A DNA stretch of 63,929 bases, filler included, from Choristocarpus tenellus KU-1152 (lineage: Eukaryota; Protista; Phaeophyceae): the NCBI GenBank assembly GCA_964200185.2. It is 11 parts of 11 records of this genome, joined end to end, with 100 filler letters (N's around TTAATTAATTAA, not from the genome) between each part and the next. Parts side by side here need not be neighbours in the genome. Positions count along the whole stretch, not along the records: positions 36,617 to 39,403 come from CAXNAD020024763.1; positions 39,504 to 46,249 come from CAXNAD020007443.1; positions 46,350 to 52,231 come from CAXNAD020009522.1; 8 more parts are not named here. The stretch is one strand, 5' to 3'. The notes below the pieces were generated by a model, which made no database searches, was not told the origin of the DNA, and worked only from the letters and a program-made list of their open reading frames with translations. Made by a program: the position numbers and the translations under genes. Below, one piece after another: positions 38,461 to 52,200 of the stretch; position 1 is the stretch's first letter, and each line of letters starts with the position of its first letter.

Positions 38461-39218
38461 AAATAATATGTATATTTTCAATAAAGTGGTACCAATAGCT
38501 TATCCCTTTGGAACAATCTTGCTTTTTTTCACTGTATTGCCACAAGAAGTAAGCAACAATTTAAATATAAAATGAAAACTTATGACAAGAGGTGTTGAAG
38601 ATGTGTATGCAGGAATGTACGTAACTGATCTGGGATAGGCCCCTGCCCAAACATGGTGCCTGTGGCAATACCGAGCCCCCCCCCCAAGATTTGCGAGCAT
38701 ATTTTTAGCGCCATTTGCAGACATTTTGAGAGCACACACACACGTGACCCACACAGCAAGAAGAACCACAACGGTGAGACAAGGAGAACCGCCGAGGCCA
38801 CTCTGCCCCCTGGATCTACTCTCGGTACCTTATTTATCGAGAGGCGACAAAAAAACAAGTACTGTGTGTGACACTCAGGGTGATGTTAGGTGACGAGAAA
38901 ATGTGAGTAGTGTGGCACAACAGCAAGATCAAATCGCGCAATGGACCACGTGACCGCGGCACTGACACTGAGAGAAGATGCATGGAAAGCATTACCACAC
39001 AAATTTGGTTAGATCTTCAACCACATCGGAGCACTGCTCTGCAGTCTCTGCTGCCTTAGGAAAGCAGGAAGAGAGCGGCGAGTCCATCACCAGGTGGTAC
39101 AATAACGAAATCTGTGGGGAAGCCTGGTCACGGCGGGCAAAGGGAGAACCAGAGTGGTCACCTGAAGGGAAGGTCGGGGAGGAGAGTAGTGTGACTGTGT
39201 GCCATTGGGCTCAGGAAA

Positions 39219-39392
39219 GGCTCAAGGTTTCTGGGGGGGGTGGTGACGGTCCATTTGGGGACAATATTTTCATGTCACGATTTTTGGTGATTTGGTTGCA
39301 TAAGTTGGATAGATGATGTAAGTGCACTTTTCCTGGTTATGGTCCAAATGGACACCCTGGTGTAGCCCCCCCCTCCCCCGAGACTTTGAGTT
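39219..39392. mobile_element. TIR element family A, complete
   Basis: ggct-caaggtttctg(G)n ... cccccgagactttg-agtt, flanked by AAA/AAA. Confidence 0.85.
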
Positions 39393-39503
39393 AAATGGCT
39401 AAGNNNNNNNNNNNNNNNNNNNNNNNNNNNNNNNNNNNNNNNNNNNNTTAATTAATTAANNNNNNNNNNNNNNNNNNNNNNNNNNNNNNNNNNNNNNNNN
39501 NNN

Positions 39504-39673
39504 GGGGGGGGGAGGAGGGGTGGTTTTGGAGGGGGCGTTCGTTTCGGTCAAACAACTCTTTTTTGCTGAAATTTCAAATCCGACACGTGCGACCAAATCA
39601 CACCAAAAAAGTTTAAATCGAAAAAAAGGTGAAAAACAGACGTCAACACTCCCCCCCCCAGATACTTTGATCC
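39504..39673. mobile_element. TIR element family D at contig start
   Basis: Ends (C)n agatactttg-atcc; homologous to 33218-33393. Confidence 0.85.
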
Positions 39674-40032
39674 TGAAACATTTCCAGAAGCACAAGAGCA
39701 CCCCTGGACAGTTGGCCAAACTGTTGAGGCAATCAGAAAGCTGATGTCATTGATTCCATGTTGATTTTTCCGTTCTGGAGCAGCCAAACTTGGGGATGAG
39801 TTATGTACACGTCAAGTACGGATATCCTGGTGTCCAAGTGAAGCCTTACATGTGAGCAAACACCAATCCAGGCCATAACCTTCCTATACCTACTCTGGAG
39901 TATTTATCGACTCCCATTTCTCACTAACCTGGCCCTCACAACAGTATGAGCTTGGTTGATATAACGCCTAGTCACCAAGTTGGGATTGAGTTCTAGAATG
40001 GAGCGGTGACTGTCAGCTGCTGCGCAGTATAC

Positions 40033-43000
40033 CTGTTCGTTGGACGAAAAGAGATGCCGTGTAAACACATGCAGGGACGGGATTACGCTTAGTGACAGCA
40101 GGGTAGCCATTTCTGAAGTGCTTTTGGTACACTAGAATCAGAGCAGACAACCTGAGTTCAAAATTTTTCAAAGAGGTTTCAGCAACAAATGCACTCCTGT
40201 ATCTCTGAAGTAGTGGTGCAAGCACATCCACAGTTGCTGAGCTGCTGTTATTGTAGTTGAGAACAGCAGAAAGTCAATGTAAACTAGAGGTACCTAGGTT
40301 TCGGTTATTTTACATTTTAACTCTTCAATCTCTTGCAGTTTGCCCATATTTCTATGGATGAAGTTCTAAGTTTGACTTGAGAGCGCTTTTTCTCTCTTGT
40401 TTGAAATTTTTCCGGTACAATTCAGAAAATTCCCTACAGAATGCTAAAATTTATTTTTCATATTTGTCAGCATCCTTAAAATGCAACTCTATATGCCTCT
40501 CTCGTACCCTTTGACTCAGAGGCAGAAAATATATCAAGCACTCGGAGTATGGGCTAAGTATTTTGTATCTAAATCGCGAGGGATTGGACCAACAGGAGCA
40601 CACCAGGACACTATTCCTTCTCCACCTTACAAGGCCTTGAGTCAGAGAGAAGTAAGCACCTGTGTTCGGGCTCAAAATATCTTGGGGGGGGGGGGGGGCT
40701 TTCAGTAGGTTGCCGCTTGGGTTATTTTTAGGAGANNNNNNNNNNCTTGAGTCAGAGAGAAGTAAGCACCTGTGTTCGGGCTCAAAATATCTTGGGGGGG
40801 GGGGGGTCTACACCAGGGTGTCCATTTGGGTCATAGCCAGGAAACGTGCACTTACATTATCCATCTGACGTTACAATCAATCACCCAAAAATCGTGACAT
40901 AAAAAATGGGTGTCAAATGGACAGCCGCCACCCCCCCCCAGATACATTGAGACTTCGGTAGGGTAAGGGAGACGACCACCAATGCAACTCTGTAGTGAAA
41001 GTATGCAGGTGCTGGGCCCTGCCTATGTGGTTGTGTGTGTGTGTGTGCATGCGTTTGCTTTTGTTGCACCTTTCCCTTCAGAACCTGTTAAAGTTTCAGC
41101 CTTTGTGAATTTGAAGGTGATGATTTGATCACTCATAAACAATGCCAAAGGGTTACTTACTTCATATGGTTGAACATGGCACTGGCAGGACTGTTGCTCG
41201 CTTCTTGAGCACCTCAGGCAACTTCTTACCTTGCTCCGCAACTTGACTATGGGATTGGTCTGCACCCTTCCATTTATGCCCCCCATGGTGGTGGACGGGT
41301 TGGAAAAGGCGTCCACAACTTCGTTGTTTTCTATGATATCATCAATAGTCTCCTGCCAAGAAGGAAACAGCAAATGGTTTAGGAATTCGAATTTTGACCT
41401 AATGCATCAAGTCATTAAACACACACACACGTGCGCGCGCGCGCGCACAAGCACACAGCAGTCAACCCTGCAACTACAGCTGCCTGGCATTTCAGAAGTA
41501 AAGTCTAAGCCCTACGAGGTTGAAAACACCTGGCAGTTGGATACTGCCTTGCCCCTTTCCCAGTTCCAATCCCGCTCTGTACTCTAGCTTGGTGTCCTTG
41601 AGCAGTGCGTTCTTCCCTCACCTCCTGTTCACGCCGGAAACTATTGCCATCGTCCTCACTGTCCACTGATGGCAAGCGATGACTTGCACTGTGTACCGAG
41701 AACATTCCAGTACACCTACTCTCCCCATGATTCAGACGCGGCTATGACCATTATTGATGTGAATACAGGGAGGGGGAGGGGGGTGGGTATAAGCGGACAG
41801 ATCTTGATGCACACAAAAATAGGTGAGGGCAGGCAACTAAACCTAGAATTCTGGTAACATCAGAAATACAACTGAAAATCTAAGTTGAACACATCTACTC
41901 TTCTTAAGAACAGGTAGTAGTGTGAGGTATGGTGGGCAGTGGGTGGGAAAATGAGGGTTGAGGGGTGGGCCTTTCTTCTGGCCTAGCTGTATTACTACTC
42001 AAGTGTCAATGAAAACATAACATTCAGAGAGGGAAATAGTAATGTAAAAGAGGGACTGCGAGAGACAGATAGTAATGTAAAAGAAACTCTTGGACCCCAA
42101 CATGACAGGATTCCACTCATAGAATAGGGTTATGGGTTGTTGAACATATAGTGCTCTACTTTGCCAGATTTTGCTTCTAAATCAGTGTTGGCAGATCAGA
42201 GGGTGAAAACTGGAAAGGGATCAGAGTATATGGAGCTGAGAATAACCATAACATACTCAGTACTCAGTGTGTGTCCATTGGAAAATTGGGTACTAAGTTT
42301 GCCTTTGATATGTTTTCACTCTTGATTCCACAAAAGTATGATGTAATATGATCGCACTCCTGTGAATGCGTGTCTTTTAAAAGTGGGGCAAGGGCTCTTG
42401 AGGTTGTTTGCTCTATAGTAGATTCCATGAAATCATGGTTGCTCGGTTCTATACCCCTTGAAAATCTACGAATTGGGATCCTATGTCCAAAATGTTGCAA
42501 GGTCAATATATATTTCTGTAACACATTTCTTCTTCCAAATAGAGGTGTTACAGTAACAGCATTTTTTCAATTCAAGTGGCCAAGGTGGAGTCTTGCAAAA
42601 TCAAGCTCTACAAGGGAGATTTTTTATATGTACTATTAAAAATTAAACGTGGAAAAAAATTGGAGGTAAAGCAAGGAAGAACAAGAAACAGGTATGTTGA
42701 TGGCATCACACTCAATATTCCGGAGTACAAGTCCAATGCACTTCATTGTCTAACCCAAATACATACACACACTCACACATATATACATGTATGTAAGAAT
42801 ATCTGATTCAGACAAGAACAGGATTGTGCTGTGATTGGAAGGTAGGAAGTAGGAGTTCAACCACGCAGACTAATGAACTTTACTTTTGAGTCCTCATGAC
42901 CTCTGCAAGCACAATTATTTTTTTTGTCCTACTACAGTGTGCACTTGAATAAAAAGAAAGCGGAGTGGATAAAATGAACATGTTATATGGGACTGTTTGT

Positions 43001-45936
43001 TTGGTACTCCAAGGTACCCTAGTACCAACCAGTTGCAAAAGTCACCCATGGAAACGTGGTTGACAATTAGATATGACTGCAGGTGGACAAATCTACCGTT
43101 ATAGGTGCAAAAATACTATTGTGCAGTGATTAGCAAGTGCACCTACATTAAGGGACCTGTGTTTGATCCAGTAATGAGTCAAAGCATCTTAGAGGGTACG
43201 AGTTTTGCCCTGTTCGTCTGTTTAGGGCCTGACTTCTCATTGGGGTTTTTGTGATATTTTCCTACTCCAAAATGTTTAGTGGGTAAAAAGTGTACGTTAT
43301 GAAAAGGTGTGTTCGGAACAAGGATATAAACACTCCCAAACAAACACGACAGTCAAAATTGCGTCAAAATCGCAACATTGGATTTTGGCCCCCAATTGGA
43401 CGCAGCTCTACCCTCTAAGATACTTTAGCTAAACGGTCTCTGCTCAATTGTCAATGGAAGGAGAAGCTGCCGACCCAAAGCATTTCAGAGGGTAGGACTG
43501 CATCCGTTTGGGGTAATAAATCCAACGTTGCGATTTTGATGAATTTTGGCCATCATGTTTGATAGCAAGTGTCAATATCCTTGCTCCAGGCACACCTTTC
43601 ATAGTTGTATACATTTTAGGTAACTGTGTTCAAACGGAAAACCGAAAAAGGGCATAAAAAACCCATGGGAAATCAAGCCCTAAACGGACAAATAGGGCAA
43701 CAAAATCCTAACTTCTTAAATGCTTTGACTCTGCACCATCCTAACCCTAGTTCTGCAATAGCCCTAACAGCAACCATAGCCCTAGTCATAGCCCTGGTCC
43801 CAGCCCTAACACCAACATCAACAACAAGCGTCAATCAAACCTAACCCCCAACTTCAAGAATATGCGTAACCCAGTGAGAAACGCCGCCCAACTAGTCCTT
43901 CATCAGGCACTGTTTCCCAAAACATTGGAGATATACATGCTAACTAGAGGTCTCACACATGCCTCCATCATACAGCTTAAAGGAAAAGAGGGGGCATTGA
44001 GATTTGATTGTACACCAATGACATCTGCATATGTGACATCTCCATAGAGCAATATGTAAAGCGCAGGAATTGATGAGGTACTGTCTGGGGGCTCATACTA
44101 ACTAACCAACAGAAGTAAAGTTTAATAACAGCAATGTGAAATACTGCCAAACACAGAATTTTGGTGGGTGAGGTAGTAGTGCATATCCTGAATATCTCAT
44201 CCTGCGTAGAGGAGACCCTGGAGTACAATGGTTATGTGGGAAAACGTTTGAGCATAAGAATCTGAAGTACCTTTGCTATATCTCCCCCAGGTTTGAGGTA
44301 CAAGGCGAGCTTTGCCTGAAGCATCCCTGCAACCCCCCAATTCAGACCACCTTGGAGTTTGCTGATGTTTGATCGCCTTTGCTCTCTTTCTTGGATACTA
44401 CATTCCTTACCTACTGCTTCTCGTGAACCCCCTAACTCACTGTCGTCAGATGCCCCCCCCTCATAGAGATCATCAAGGTGGAGGAAACCATTAGACAAGG
44501 TTTGCCGTTGGACAAGTTTAGAGCCCTTTTCATGTCCACTCTTTGAGTCCTATTGCACAGCAGTTGATCAGGTCAGGTTTTGGATTTAGAATGTAGTGGC
44601 AAGAGAGAACGGATCAAGGTGATGTAGGGGAAGCAATGGGAAAGGATAGGACAAGGAGGACTGTTTCTTCTTTCTTGAGACATGACTCCCTTTGTGGTAA
44701 ACATGCAAGTAATTGAGCGTCCTTGTAACTAATGAGATCGTGGGTTGAGCGCAAATGCCTTAGGAAGAGCAAGGATCTACCCCTGATCTTTCTGTGTTCA
44801 TTGACACAGAGATGTGTGTGCTCGCATGCACGTACACTGTTCAAAGATTCAGGAGGGCTACTACACCAGAGGAAAGAGGTAGCACAAGTCACACCTTAGC
44901 TTGTGCTGGTCTCAACTGCATGAGGAAGTGAAGGAAGAGTTTCAGATAAGGGTCGAAGCACACATGCTGTGCATGATATAATGTGGAACAGACACTTGCA
45001 GCGACTTGGCACAAAGGATGCAGGTTGCATGTGAGATATATACAAGAAAGGAGGTATCAGGTGAACATCTCCTCTCACATATTTGTCCTCAGCAGAATGT
45101 CTCACGAAACCCTCGATCACCACCCTGCAGGAATCTTCTTCCTCACAGAGGTGATTGTGTGTCTCCCTCACAATGTCATTCAGCTTCTCTAGTCGTGACT
45201 CTAGAGATTCAGTCTTCAGGGCGGATATGTCCTCTCCCTGTGGCGATAGGAAAATCATTCCAGAATGGGTAAAGTATTTCTATATTGAGATATTAAACTT
45301 TGTATGCGAGTTCTGTTTCTGAGTACTCCACACTTGTTTGAAAAACTGTAATTTAATTAACTGGACTAGATCAACTTACTCCCCTCTTACTATTGCAACT
45401 GTTGTTGATTTGTTCAAGACCTTACGAGACACTGTTATAGAGCCCTTTCACACTGAGAAGTGATGAATCTATATCCTGCTGGTGGTATTAATTATTAATA
45501 AGATCTCATCGGCAAGTCATAGCTAGGAAAATATGCTGATAGTTGAAGAACCAGTACCCCATACTTTGTGTGTTATCTGACGTGTCGTGTATACGACTCG
45601 ATTATTTGCAAGGCATACACATTCCTAGAAAAATGCATTTTCTGAAAACTATTGTAATACCTTGCACTGAACCCTGGCACCAGGTCAACAGAGGATCAAT
45701 AGGACAGGGGCAGCAGATAGATATGGATATACTTTATACACAGTTGAGCGATCAAGTGCCACCTGCGTGTCCATGCCTGTCTCGACCTCAAAAATCTTCG
45801 CTTCAGAGACAGTACTGGCTCCTACGCTCCTTGGGGTTTCCTCAATGCCAGAGGCTACTTCATGGCCAGCTGCTTGAGTAGGAAGAATTTCGTATCGCAC
45901 AAGCATTGCCTTGAAATGGTGGTGAATAGACATTAC
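40033..45936 (-). CDS. Hypothetical protein, internal exons of a multi-exon gene
   Basis: Phase-0 compatible GT-AG exons 45763-45936, 45079-45237, 44271-44549, ~41622-41741 and ~41230-41352. A further likely exon lies at ~40033-40245, linkage unresolved. No family recognised. Confidence 0.65.
40779..40953. mobile_element. TIR element family A, complete
   Basis: ggct-caaaatatctt(G)n ... (C)n agatacattg-agac. TSD TTCG at 40775-40778 and 40954-40957. Confidence 0.9.
43176..43430. mobile_element. TIR element family B
   Basis: gagt-caaagcatcttagagggta ... taccctctaagatacttt. Confidence 0.88.
43472..43731. mobile_element. TIR element family B, inverted relative to the neighbouring copy
   Basis: gacc-caaagcatttcagagggtag ... 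aatgctttg-actc. Flanks TGCC/TGCA. Confidence 0.85.
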
Positions 45937-46214
45937 CTGAAAGTAGTAGGAGACATGCAGTTGTTTGCAATGGAAGGTGCTTGAATACCCAGAGGTCGTG
46001 TGCTGGGGACTGGTAAGGGGTACTACGTTATCATTCTTGTGGTCAGCTCAGGACGCAATTGAGATGGAAAAGAACAATCAGGGCTGTGCTTCATACCCCC
46101 TACCTCAAAAAAAACATTGCTGATGATCAAGAAGAAGGATTACATCATAAACTCTGTCCATCAACGTTTTTCCCATGTTGATGGATAACCCCGCCACAGC
46201 AGCAAGCGGAAGAG

Positions 46215-46249
46215 GACCCAAAGTATCTGGGAGGGGGGGGGGGGTCTAC
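46215..46249. mobile_element. TIR element family A terminus at contig end
   Basis: gacc-caaagtatctggga(G)n tctac. Confidence 0.85.
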
Positions 46250-49200
46250 NNNNNNNNNNNNNNNNNNNNNNNNNNNNNNNNNNNNNNNNNNNNTTAATTA
46301 ATTAANNNNNNNNNNNNNNNNNNNNNNNNNNNNNNNNNNNNNNNNNNNNGTGGTTCCCTTAGTAGCGGGGGGAAATCCCTCCAGCAGTGCAGGGTTTCCC
46401 CCTGCAGGGGTGGCTTCCTCGTGCATGACAAAGACCCACCTTACCACACACTGCTTGCATCTTTGCATACAGCACACCACAGAAGGAGCTTTCATGGATA
46501 CTCCCTGAAGCACTCATGTAACTCTGTTGCTCCTCGTTATCGAGAAAAAAGGAGTGCCTCAGAGACAGTCACCTCAAACCTGCTAAATCTGTTCATTTTC
46601 AGCACTCCATATTAAATTCATACCTTACAATGCACACCTCAAATACATGAACAATGTACGTATATACGTGTCTACTTTGGATAGGCACAATACGTTACTC
46701 AGTATCCTTATTATACCCCTTCAAAGACAGTCCATCTCCTGAATCCCCAACGCACAAAGTTCAAGAATATTGGCATTGCTAAATAGGGCATCATGGTCCA
46801 AACAAGCAAACAAAATATGGACAGGGTCTTCATTCCTTCCCAACAAAGGAATAAGCACCTTACTTTGCCTGGTAGTGGCAGAAGGATAGAATGAGAAAGA
46901 TAGTGCCAGTAGGGACAAAGCTACAAGCTCTTGAAATCATATAATAGTAGAGAAGATGGACTTGAACACAATGTGCATAAACATTAGTCATCACCCCTGC
47001 ACTTCTTGCAGCAGGATCGATGATAGGCACACATCAAGGAAGGAATGAGCGCACCACACATTACTGCCACTTACCTCCTCAACTAAAGATACTGAGAGCT
47101 CTGACACAATACAATTGACTCGCTGTTTTCATCAACAGCAAAGAGGACGGAGAGACGATGTGTTTCTCACGGGTTAGAAAGTTTGTTCTTCTCGTGTCCC
47201 CTAGTTAAGAGTCCCCCAACTAAGAGTGTCCTCACTGTCTCGGTACCTAAAGTCGTAAAGCCCTCATTCACAGTTGTGCCTAAGCTAAGACTCAGTTGGG
47301 TCGAAGTTTCCTTTCATGGAAATCTGGGTTCGATGGTCTACTTGCCAAACACTGGAGTTAGAGCTTACGCCACCAGTACAAGTTTCGGCTGCCATTTGTG
47401 AAGTCCGGAAGACGCATGGCGTAGCCTCATAATGAAAAGCTGCCAAGCGAGTAGGCATAAATTCTTTGAGGGAACGACGCGGAGTCTGGTGGGAGGGCTG
47501 AACCCAATGCCAGAATCAAGGCGCACACGGACGTAGTGCAGGTAGTCGTAGCACCTCTGGCTGTGGGTCTAAGGTAGTCAAAGTAATGTGAAGATGATAC
47601 CATTTGCATTAATAGTATTGCGTATGTGGTAATAATTTTAATGGTAGGTTTTGGTTTTGTGTTAGTAACTGATTCTTGTTACTCACAGAAATAAAAGAAC
47701 CAAACTATATGTGCTTATCATATCATGTTTTGTTTCCCACTATAAATGTACCAACGAATTGAAAATTGTTCATTTTTCTTCTAAATTATTTATTGTCGAT
47801 CGACCACTTGTCAACAAGTAAGACCAGCACTCATATAGAGCGAGGTTGGCATCAAAAGATCCAGCACAATATTGAATGAACCACAACTACCACACGCACC
47901 AACAACAGGGAAACAAACAGCAGTAAGGGTTACAAAGGCAAAAGATAGATAATAATGGGAACTGAGTCGAACTCACACTCAAGTCTCAATGCATAACTTG
48001 CTTCAACTCGTGGCAGTAGGCCCTCCAAGATAGTATCATCAGTTCAATCCTCTACCACCACAGAGTCATTCCTGATACCTGCACAAATGACGTAACCTAT
48101 TGTCCAGTCTTTTGGTTGTGCTCCTCTTACCAATAATGAAGATCATACTTTCAATTACAATCGCCTAAGACATGATCTAGTAAAATCGCAGGAATAGGTC
48201 TTTGCAAAAAGGTCAAACACGTCTCTCTTCCTCAGTCCAGTCTAGATACCAATCATGCCCGCCGTCCTTGTCATTGAGATATTATATAAGTTATTTCATG
48301 TTCCATATACTTTCCTCAAAGATGTCACAAGGGGTTTTTGTTTCCGTATCTTCCACGATTACGTTTGTCCTCCTTTCATACTGTGCCTCTGAAATTTCGC
48401 GGGAAGGCTTGGATGTCTCCACATCTTCTGAGGAAATTGGTGAATCCAAGTCGTGGCTTCTGGAAGAAATATTTTTGAATAATGTGGGATCATCTACCTT
48501 GTTGGTACTCCCAATGATGAATTTCGTTGTGCACTCCTTGGAGATAGTTGTTGGTAAGATTCTGGCCTTGGCAAGAAATCTGAGCAGACAGAAGATGATG
48601 ACATCAAGCATGGCGAGTGATCATCAGATGGTGGGCGCTAGGACACGCACAACTTAGGCGGAGTGGGAACTGGAAAGGGCTTGGAATGGAGTGAGATATC
48701 GTATATTGGGGGGCAAGACGAAGGCAATAGAAAATAGTCGCTTCTACTCATGTCCCAATGTGCGGAGGTACAAGACATGCAGTAGCACTCAATTTATCTT
48801 TCACTAGAACCCAATCATAACGTGCTCTTCTGGCAGATTCAATTTGCGACAGGGTGGTCGCAGTCCAAGAGCTGAAAGGAGAGGTCCACCTCAGCACAAA
48901 CGAGGCAGGCATCACGGTATTACAGTAAGTTGTTAAAATACTAAAAGCAGATATTCATCATACCTTTTCCTACAGCTCGGATTGTGTTTTTTTCGAATAT
49001 TGAGCTATGAGGACAAAACATACCGCTAAGGCAGTAATTCTGCGTTGAGAAGGCAGACATGAGCAAACCTACTGCGTGGTGGTGCCTAAAGGGTTGTAGG
49101 TAGAGGAGTGGGGATGAACCAAGAAAATGGGGCTATTATGAAAGGTAGCACTCTATTTAATAGAGCACTTGGTTGATATGAGGATGACGAGAGCAATGCA

Positions 49201-52200
49201 ACAAAACACGAGTCTATAGACATTATAACAAAAGAAGCATAGGAAAATATTTTATGCAAACAATATAATTAACAGCCCGTGGGAGCATATCTGCAATCAG
49301 TGTATGTTGTGCTGGTTGTGTGACGTGATTGATTTTCTTGTAATAAGATACGAAAGTGTTGCAGATTAATCACCAATTGAATATAATAAGACACGTGTTG
49401 GTGAGAATAATGCACGCCAACACTAGAACACTATGTATATTGTGAGTGCAATAGCCAACCAACGTCACATACTCCCCTTTTCAGATCGCACACAGCATGT
49501 GAAGTAGCACAAATGATGAGGGCCAACCACAGCAGGTTACGACTGTGTATGACATAACGTTAGTTAAGGCACGTAAGAATATCGAGGCCATGATGAAGTG
49601 AGCAAATTTTCAATTATTTCACTTATACAATGTTGAATGTACCAAACCAAATTGAATACTTAAACCAAGCACACCGAAAAATGATTATTTTTATATCTCT
49701 ACCATATTATCGTATATCCTTCAGATAAAATAACTTTATTTCTTAGTTGTGTACCCTCAATATGAATGTTGAGTGAATGCAGATATCAGGACAAAATAGA
49801 GGGGCGAGTGCATTTGTGGGGGGGTGTGGGGGTGTCGTTGTTCTTTGAAATACACTGTTTTCGGTCAGACCATTAAGAAAGCGCAATTAGAGGGTTGGAA
49901 ATCATAGCGTTAGAGGAAGGCAAGGGTTTCTATATAAGTGAATTTGGTTACACCAAATGCTTTCACATCTTTCCAGTATGTGTACTATTAATATTGTATA
50001 CAGGGATACTTCCTGGACATCTACAGTTCTAGCATGTAGTACCCACATATTCAAAGGGTGTGTGCTATATTTTTGTAGCTATGGCTCAAAGATTATATTC
50101 CTCGTACTTCTCGTCACTTCTTACAACTTCTATTAGTACCACCTCTTGTTTGTCACAATCATTTCTGCCTTCACAAACGAGATAAAAGCACCTTTCTTAC
50201 GACAATAGAATCTTGATATGTAACTAAAATATTTCTTCGTTACCCCCTAACAGTCATGACCTGATTTTCCAAACCAATACAATTCAATTTACAAATTCGC
50301 ACACTGTGGCACTAATACTGTAATTTGCAAGTATTGCCGTGCTTCCATTCGATATCTCTCAGTGACACCCTAATACTGTCGGCAGACTCTGCTCAAATTT
50401 GGAGATTCTAATGTTTTTTTCAAAAGGTATCAGCCCATGTGTGAAGGAATTGATACTACTCTTGTTGTGCGGTCAAAATACGCACAATATAATAACAGGG
50501 TGGTTTTCACACGACAGGAAGGACATATCTTTCGGTGTTTCATACTCTGAGTACCTCTCTAATTTGAACTACAAGGTGTAGGGTGGAAGGGCAAAAATGT
50601 TTTCGTGATCCTGCGATACCCTGTATTCTCAATTATTATGTCAAATTCCAGTTAGCATTGAATCTAGCGGGACTTCATATCCGTACACAAGTTTGTGTAA
50701 GGAGGTGGCGATGGAATGTGTGTGAATTGGATGATGAGGCTTTTAGAAGACATCCAGAAAGCTTGGACCAATGAAAACCTACTCCAAAGTGCTTTTTATT
50801 CAGACATAAACATCCCCTGTGTGTTTTGCGCGTAGACACCCCAACAAAAAGGAACGTGAACCATTTGCACGAGGACGTGCAGTTTTCGGTTACTGTTTCA
50901 AGAAGGGTCTTTGCGTACATCTTTTTTCGACAACCACCTAGCAAGTGCTCCTTGAAGGTATTGGAATATCAATGGAATCCTCAAACTTAATTGACCGATA
51001 CTCTAGAAGGTCAGCTATAGGATTGGAGGTATGCGAGAGAGTAACTTGAGTACCTAGACGTACAGGGGATCAGCTTCAAGATGTGGAAGATGGGTAGGGC
51101 ATGAAGAATCATTTTAGTTCAATCGAGCCTACCACAAGAAACATACTCAAGAAGCTTATTTATATACCCACTCTCTAGACTTGCTCTCACAGGCACAAAT
51201 CGCAGCCAAAACAGATGTCGAAGAGCCCTGCCAAGGCTGTGCATATTAGCAGTGTGCTTGACGCTATGACCATGGGCAACCACAAATCCAGAAAGGCTGT
51301 CACAGTGCACACCACACTGAGTATAAGTCCGCATAACTGGGCAAAGCGTTTTGGGGGAGCAGAAACAAAACTGTGGAGTAGGGAAGGAGAGGGGGGTAGA
51401 GGACAATGCATGGCACACATATTAATAGTTGAGTTCTGAGTGATCAGAAAATAGACAGCAAGAAGGGAATACGATGAGATTCTCAAAAGTCATAAGGGTG
51501 TGTGCGAAAAACATCTCAGGACGATCGTTGGGTCATGATTCACTGTTAGGTGTGAAGGAAAGTATATCATGAGGGAGGAAGCAGAGAGAGCTGTACCTGA
51601 ACCTGTGGAAAACAGGGGAAGGGTTAGCACGTCTGGTCAGAATTCCTGAAACAGACGCACATCCCATCTCTCTTATTGGGGAGTGGGCAGACAACAGAAT
51701 TTACCCTTCACTTCATCGTTTTGAAATCCTCAGTTCCTAACCCCCCCAAAAGTGGCGACTTATCTGAAAAGTGCAGTTCACACACGATGAAAAACTAAGC
51801 AGAAAATTCAACTTGTCTCAGAATGTGGAGGCTGCAAAACAGAGTCACATGATCGTTGCTGGTGGGGGGGCCAAAGCCGTGTTCTACGGGTTGAGGTATC
51901 ACATGATCTTTTCTACAGTACCAGGATCCTGTGATAATGCAATATGCACATATACGAATACTAGTATATGTGTGTATCAGCCACATTTCCTAGAACTATA
52001 GAACTATGGATTCAAGAGTAGTATATTTGTTTACTGTATTGTACAGCCTGTGAACTCACTGATTTTTCAAGAGGCTGAGCTTGTCCACCACCAGAGGGTG
52101 CAAGAAAAACAAGACGAAGAATGCCTTCCTCAGAAAAAAAAAAGCGCAAGGGGGGAGGGGGGGGGGGGGGAAGCCCGGAGAAAAGAAAAAAAAAAAAAAA

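Noticed and set aside
40636-40800. Tandem duplication flanking a 10-N gap
   Set aside because: Identical sequence on both sides of a scaffold gap ending in poly-G indicates an assembly overlap artefact.
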